A DNA stretch of 64,000 nt, taken from contig CAVRAL010000004.1 of assembly GCA_963719085.1 (NCBI GenBank), positions 768,001 to 832,000 of the forward strand, written 5' to 3'. The stretch is from a candidate division FCPU426 bacterium (lineage in GTDB: Bacteria; Oederibacteriota; Muellerivitia; Muellerivitales; Muellerivitaceae). Numbering within the stretch: the first letter of the stretch is position 1; every line of letters starts with the position of its first letter. The notes under the pieces were generated by a model. The model was not told where the DNA came from and did not search any database. It saw only the letters and a program-made list of their open reading frames with translations. The translations under genes were made by a program, and so were the position numbers. Of the stretch, positions 60,474-64,000 are shown in pieces.

Positions 60474-61091
60474 TCAGCGGGGGCTGAAAACGCCGACGAC
60501 TTTTCCCACGACCCTGAAATCTTGGCTTTCGGAAACGATAATGGGTTGGTATTTGGGGTTGGCCGGTTCCAGCCAAACCCGGGCTCCGGATTTACGGAAG
60601 GTTTTCACCGTGGCTTCGCCGTCGACCAAGGCCACCACAATCTCGCCGGGATTGGCGTGGGCGGTTTGCTGCACGATCAGTTTATCGCCGGGCAAAATAT
60701 GGGCGTTGATCATGGAATCGCCTTTGACCACCAGCGCGAACAAGGTGCGGCCGCCTCGGGCGAGGGACGGGTCCACCACCATGGTGCTGTCCCGATTTTC
60801 CACGGCCAGCAAGGGAAGCCCCGCGGCCACCTTACCTAATATAGGAATCGAAATTCCAACGGAAGAGTCATCGGACAAACGCAGTCCGCGGGCCGTGTGT
60901 TCCTCGCGTTCTAAATAGCCTTTTTCTTCCAGCGCCAAAAGATGCTTGCGCGCGCTTTGCGGGGAGTTCCATTTAAAGTGGCGCATGACTTCGCGCACGG
61001 TGGGCGGGCGGTGGTCGTCCATCAAATGCTGCTGCACATACTCAAGCACCAGCCGCTGGGTATCGGTTAAGGTTTCTTCGGAAGGGGCCAT
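60474..61091 (-). CDS. lexA: SOS repressor LexA
   Basis: LTDTQ...PPTVRE...HLLALEEKGYLER winged HTH; cleavage site VAAGLP; catalytic Ser in VKGDSM and Lys in ATVKTF. Confidence 0.95.
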   Translation of the reverse strand: MAPSEETLTDTQRLVLEYVQQHLMDDHRPPTVREVMRHFKWNSPQSARKHLLALEEKGYLEREEHTARGLRLSDDSSVGISIPILGKVAAGLPLLAVENRDSTMVVDPSLARGGRTLFALVVKGDSMINAHILPGDKLIVQQTAHANPGEIVVALVDGEATVKTFRKSGARVWLEPANPKYQPIIVSESQDFRVVGKVVGVFSPR

Positions 61092-61113
61092 GGTCGTCTC
61101 CTAAAAATTTTTC

Positions 61114-61162
61114 TTGAAAAGAATACTCTTGTATACTAGTATACGCCCGTATTCTTGGTCAA
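61114..61162. promoter_or_regulatory. Overlapping divergent lexA/radC promoters with tandem candidate LexA boxes
   Basis: Plus strand TTGAAA-17-TAGTAT; minus strand TTGACC-18-TAGTAT; ATAC-N4-GTAT at 61123-61134 and 61141-61152; central palindrome GTATACTAGTATAC. Confidence 0.7.
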
Positions 61163-61180
61163 GCAAAAAAGGAGAATCCG

Positions 61181-61906
61181 ATGACCCCTCTTTCCCTTGA
61201 AAAACAAGCCGATTCCACGCCGGGGGCTCCGGATGCGCCGGATTATCAGGGGCACCGCCAACGCCTCCGGGCCAAGTACGCTTTGTCGGGGGCTGAGGCC
61301 CTCCAAGATTACGAGCTGTTGGAGCTGATCCTTTCTTTTTCCATCCCGCACCGGGACACCAAGCCCTACGCCAAAAAATTGCTGGCGGCTTTTAAAAACT
61401 TAAAATCCATCTTGGAAGCCGATCTGGCCTCGCTTCAAAACTTGGGGGATTTGCCGCCCCAAAGCGCCCTTCAAGTGAAAGCCATGGGGGATCTTTTTAG
61501 GCTGCAGGCCCGCGAGGCTTTTAAGCGCGGGACGGTTTTAGGAAGCCCGGGGGAAGCGGCGTCTTTTTTCAGGGCCCAACTCGGAAGCCGGCCCAAAGAG
61601 GCTTTCGCGGCTTTTTTCTTGGATCACCGCAACCATTTGATCGCCTTTGAGATTTTGCAGCAAGGAACGGTGGACCAAACCGCCGTTTATCCCCGGGAAG
61701 TTTTAAAGCGCGCGCTCGACCTTCACGCCAGCGGCCTCATTTTGACGCACAACCATCCGGGCGGAAGTTTAGAGGCGTCCGAAGGCGACCGCCACCTGAC
61801 CCGGCAGCTTTCCACGGCCGCGCGGGCCATGGGGCTCACCATTCATGATCATTTAATCGTTACGGCGGAAGGGCATTTTTCGTTCCGGCAAGCGGGACTG
61901 CTGTAA
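61181..61906 (+). CDS. radC: RadC / JAB domain protein
   Basis: GHRQRLR, DYELLELIL, GTVDQTAVYPREV, HNHPGG..EAS..D, IHDHLIV. Confidence 0.93.
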   Translation: MTPLSLEKQADSTPGAPDAPDYQGHRQRLRAKYALSGAEALQDYELLELILSFSIPHRDTKPYAKKLLAAFKNLKSILEADLASLQNLGDLPPQSALQVKAMGDLFRLQAREAFKRGTVLGSPGEAASFFRAQLGSRPKEAFAAFFLDHRNHLIAFEILQQGTVDQTAVYPREVLKRALDLHASGLILTHNHPGGSLEASEGDRHLTRQLSTAARAMGLTIHDHLIVTAEGHFSFRQAGLL

Positions 61907-61921
61907 AAAAAGGGGGAAGCC

Positions 61922-62272
61922 ATGGAAAAAACACGCAAGCTGTTGAAAGAGATCCTGCCGATGTTGGGCGCTTTTCGGGTGGAAAAAAAGCGATGGCCCC
62001 TTCACGCGGCTGAACTGCAGGCTTTCGCCTTTCACTTAAGAAAACCGCTGGACCTCGCCGGATTTCACCGGCTCAGCTTTAGGCCCCTCACTCCCGGCCA
62101 GTTGTCGGTGGACTACACCACGCTTCCGGGCGAGGATCTTTGGGCGGACCGGGGCCAGGCCGAGATTCATTTTTCAATGGAAGATCAAGAAGCGGATACC
62201 ATTCCCTTGAAGGTGCGGATGATATCGCTTCCGGCCCAGCAAGTGGAACTGCGCTCCTACTGCGCGATTTGA
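61922..62272 (+). CDS. Hypothetical protein
   Basis: 116-aa ORF 15 bp after radC, preceded by GGGGGAAG; no recognised domain. Confidence 0.55.
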   Translation: MEKTRKLLKEILPMLGAFRVEKKRWPLHAAELQAFAFHLRKPLDLAGFHRLSFRPLTPGQLSVDYTTLPGEDLWADRGQAEIHFSMEDQEADTIPLKVRMISLPAQQVELRSYCAI

Positions 62273-62293
62273 TTTAAAAATTTATTTTTGCGC

Positions 62294-62330
62294 AAAAAAA
62301 AAGCCGCCCCCTTACAGGGACGGCTTTATT
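62294..62330. terminator. Terminator between convergent genes
   Basis: A9-GCCGcCCC-cttaca-GGGaCGGC-TTTATT. Confidence 0.65.
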
Positions 62331-62352
62331 TATTTAAAGATTTTATCCTAAA

Positions 62353-62388
62353 CCCTCGCCCCTTGAGGGAGAGGGCTAGGGTGAGGGG
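62353..62388. repeat. REP-like CCCTC..GGGAGAGGG..GGGTGAGGGG element
   Basis: CCCTCGCCCCTTGAGGGAGAGGGCTAGGGTGAGGGG just past the fabI stop. Confidence 0.65.
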
Positions 62389-62392
62389 TGCC

Positions 62393-63199
62393 TTAAGAAG
62401 CCGCCGGGCCCTCCGCCTTCTTCTCGTCAAAATGCATTCCCACAATATTGGCGCCCGCGTCCACGTAAAGCACATCGCCGGTCACGCCCGAGGCCCAGGA
62501 ACTGGCCAGAAAGGTGGCCGTGGTGCCGACTTCATCCTGCGTGATGTTGCGCTTCAAGGGGTTCATGTCCTCGGCGGCCTTGAGCATGCTCTTGATGCCG
62601 CCGACGGCGGAGGCGGCCAGGGTCTTCAAAGGACCGGCGGAAATGGCGTTCACCCGGATTCCCTTGGCGCCCAAGTCGTAAGCCAGGTAGCGCACGGAGG
62701 CTTCCAGCGCGGCTTTGGCCACGCCCATGACGTTGTAATTGGGGATGACTTTTTGAGAGCCGTAATAAGTGAGGGCGATGATGCTGGCGCCCTCGTTGAG
62801 CAGGGGAACGGCGGGCCGGGTGATGGCGATCAAACTGTAGGCTGAAATATCCAGGGCCAATTGGAAGCCCGCGCGGCTGGTATTGGAAAAGGTTCCGGTC
62901 AGGTCATCTTTGTTGGCGAAAGCGATGCAATGGACCAGGATGTCGAATTTGCCCCAGGCTTTTTCCACTTCCTTATAGAGGGCCTCGATTTGGTCGTCCT
63001 TGCCCGCGTCGCAAGGCAGGATGAGTTTGGCTCCCACGGATTCGGCCAAGGGCCGCACGCGTTTTTCTAGGGCTTCTCCCAGGAAGTTAAAGCCCAGCTC
63101 CGCGCCTTCGGCGTGAAAGGCTTTGGCGATCGCCCAGGCGATGGAACGTTCGTTGGCCACCCCAAAGATGAAGGCTTTTTTTCCAGAAAGTAAACCCAT
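62393..63199 (-). CDS. fabI: Enoyl-ACP reductase (NADH)
   Basis: GVANERSIAWAIA, SAYSL, YNVMGVAKAALEASVRYLA, RVNAISAGPLKTLAA. Confidence 0.96.
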   Translation of the reverse strand: MGLLSGKKAFIFGVANERSIAWAIAKAFHAEGAELGFNFLGEALEKRVRPLAESVGAKLILPCDAGKDDQIEALYKEVEKAWGKFDILVHCIAFANKDDLTGTFSNTSRAGFQLALDISAYSLIAITRPAVPLLNEGASIIALTYYGSQKVIPNYNVMGVAKAALEASVRYLAYDLGAKGIRVNAISAGPLKTLAASAVGGIKSMLKAAEDMNPLKRNITQDEVGTTATFLASSWASGVTGDVLYVDAGANIVGMHFDEKKAEGPAAS

Positions 63200-63352
63200 G
63201 CGAACTCCTCCTAAAATGCTGAATAAAACGCCCCGCTACCTTAACTTTTTTTGACCCTAGATTAAAGCGCAAAATACCCCGCCAGGGCTTGGGTTATGGG
63301 AAAATAAGCCCGCTTTTTGTATAACCATCCTATTCTCCCTTCCGAGGTCAGT

Positions 63353-63643
63353 ATGCTCAAACATATCGTGATGTGGAAACTGAAGCCCGAAGCCTTAGGG
63401 CAAGCCCGCGAGATGAAAGTCCGGTTGGAAGCCTTAAGGGAGAAGATTCCCCAAATTTTGGAGCTGGAAGTGGGACTGCCGGTGAAGCCCGCCGAAGGCC
63501 AGCCGGACCTGGTGCTGGTGTCCCTCTTTCAAGATGAGGCGGCGCTGGAGACTTACCAAAAACATCCGGACCATCTGCCGGTGGTGGAGTTCGTAAAAAA
63601 AATCGCCGCTGAGCGCCGGGTGGTGGATTATTTAACCCGTTAA
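63353..63643 (+). CDS. Dabb family (stress-responsive A/B barrel) protein
   Basis: MLKHIVMWKLK, IPQILELEVG, YQKHPDH, VVDY. Confidence 0.88.
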   Translation: MLKHIVMWKLKPEALGQAREMKVRLEALREKIPQILELEVGLPVKPAEGQPDLVLVSLFQDEAALETYQKHPDHLPVVEFVKKIAAERRVVDYLTR

Positions 63644-63655
63644 GAAAAATAGCTT

Positions 63656-63759
63656 TTCAACACAGGGTTACACGGAGGGAACCGAGTAAGACGTCTGGTA
63701 TTTTAGGAATTTTGTTCAATTTTAAAACTCTGAGTAACTCTGTTCACTCCGTGGTGAAA
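63656..63759. repeat. Type B inverted-repeat element; inverted copy of 58725..58830
   Basis: Right arm TTTAAAACTCTGAGTAACTCTGTTCACTCCGTGGT is the near-perfect reverse complement of the 58725 left arm. Confidence 0.85.
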
Positions 63760-63797
63760 TAGTCTTAGGGTTTCCGAAAAACGTAAAACCGAGGAAA

Positions 63798-64000
63798 ATG
63801 ATGCCGACTAAAAAATCCCCTGTCTCGAAAAATCCGAAGGTGAAAAAAAACGCCGCCCCTAAGGCTTCCGGCGCGGGCAAACCCTTAAGCGCGAAGCCGC
63901 TCAAGATCGCCACCTTCAACGCCAACTCCATCCGGGCCCGGCTCCCGATTCTTTTGGATTGGTTGAAAAAAGAACAGCCGGATGTTTTGGCGGTCCAAGA
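63798..64000 (+). CDS. xth: Exodeoxyribonuclease III (3'-truncated) with Lys-rich N-terminal extension
   Basis: Translated by hand: MMPTKKSPVSKNPKVKK...LKIATFNANSIRARLPILLDWLKKEQPDVLAVQ. Confidence 0.88.
   Translation, partial: MMPTKKSPVSKNPKVKKNAAPKASGAGKPLSAKPLKIATFNANSIRARLPILLDWLKKEQPDVLAVQ

Noticed and set aside
58101..61906. NYN plus RadC as a defence island or integrated element
   Set aside because: No integrase, att sites or compositional shift; RadC is the full-length chromosomal type and the neighbours are housekeeping genes.

Overview
Bacterial chromosomal window, GC-rich with AT-rich intergenic spacers. It is probably from a diderm organism; the lineage cannot be assigned from sequence alone. 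Content is mostly core or housekeeping genes: gyrB (partial)-gyrA, a sigma70-family factor-hspR-degP operon, leuCD with a divergent LysR, ygiD-pirin-hemerythrin-alkD, tRNA-Ser(CGA), pdxH-mprF, trmL, mscL, fabI and a partial xth. No CRISPR array, rRNA, integrase or intact transposase is visible. The most unusual items are: (1) a lexA-led cassette in which a protein aligning with REP-associated tyrosine transposases, but lacking the HUH motif and catalytic Tyr, is coupled to an SPL-like radical SAM enzyme, with radC divergent and a tandem ATAC-N4-GTAT candidate LexA operator between them; (2) at least 11 intergenic inverted-repeat elements whose arms are tandem 8-9-mers, some with nested insertions and one bracketing the leuC/LysR divergent promoter; (3) a small GIY-YIG nuclease with GAA-loop hairpins abutting the tRNA-Ser 3' end, plus a 24-bp duplication of the tRNA 5' end; (4) a degenerate chemosensory cluster (two CheA-like paralogues without a canonical Hpt His, CheW, a divergent MCP, an 8-PAS kinase); and (5) a His-less pseudo histidine kinase with a ~400-aa Pro-rich tail coupled to gyrA. 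All assignments come from motif recognition by eye; no searches were run.
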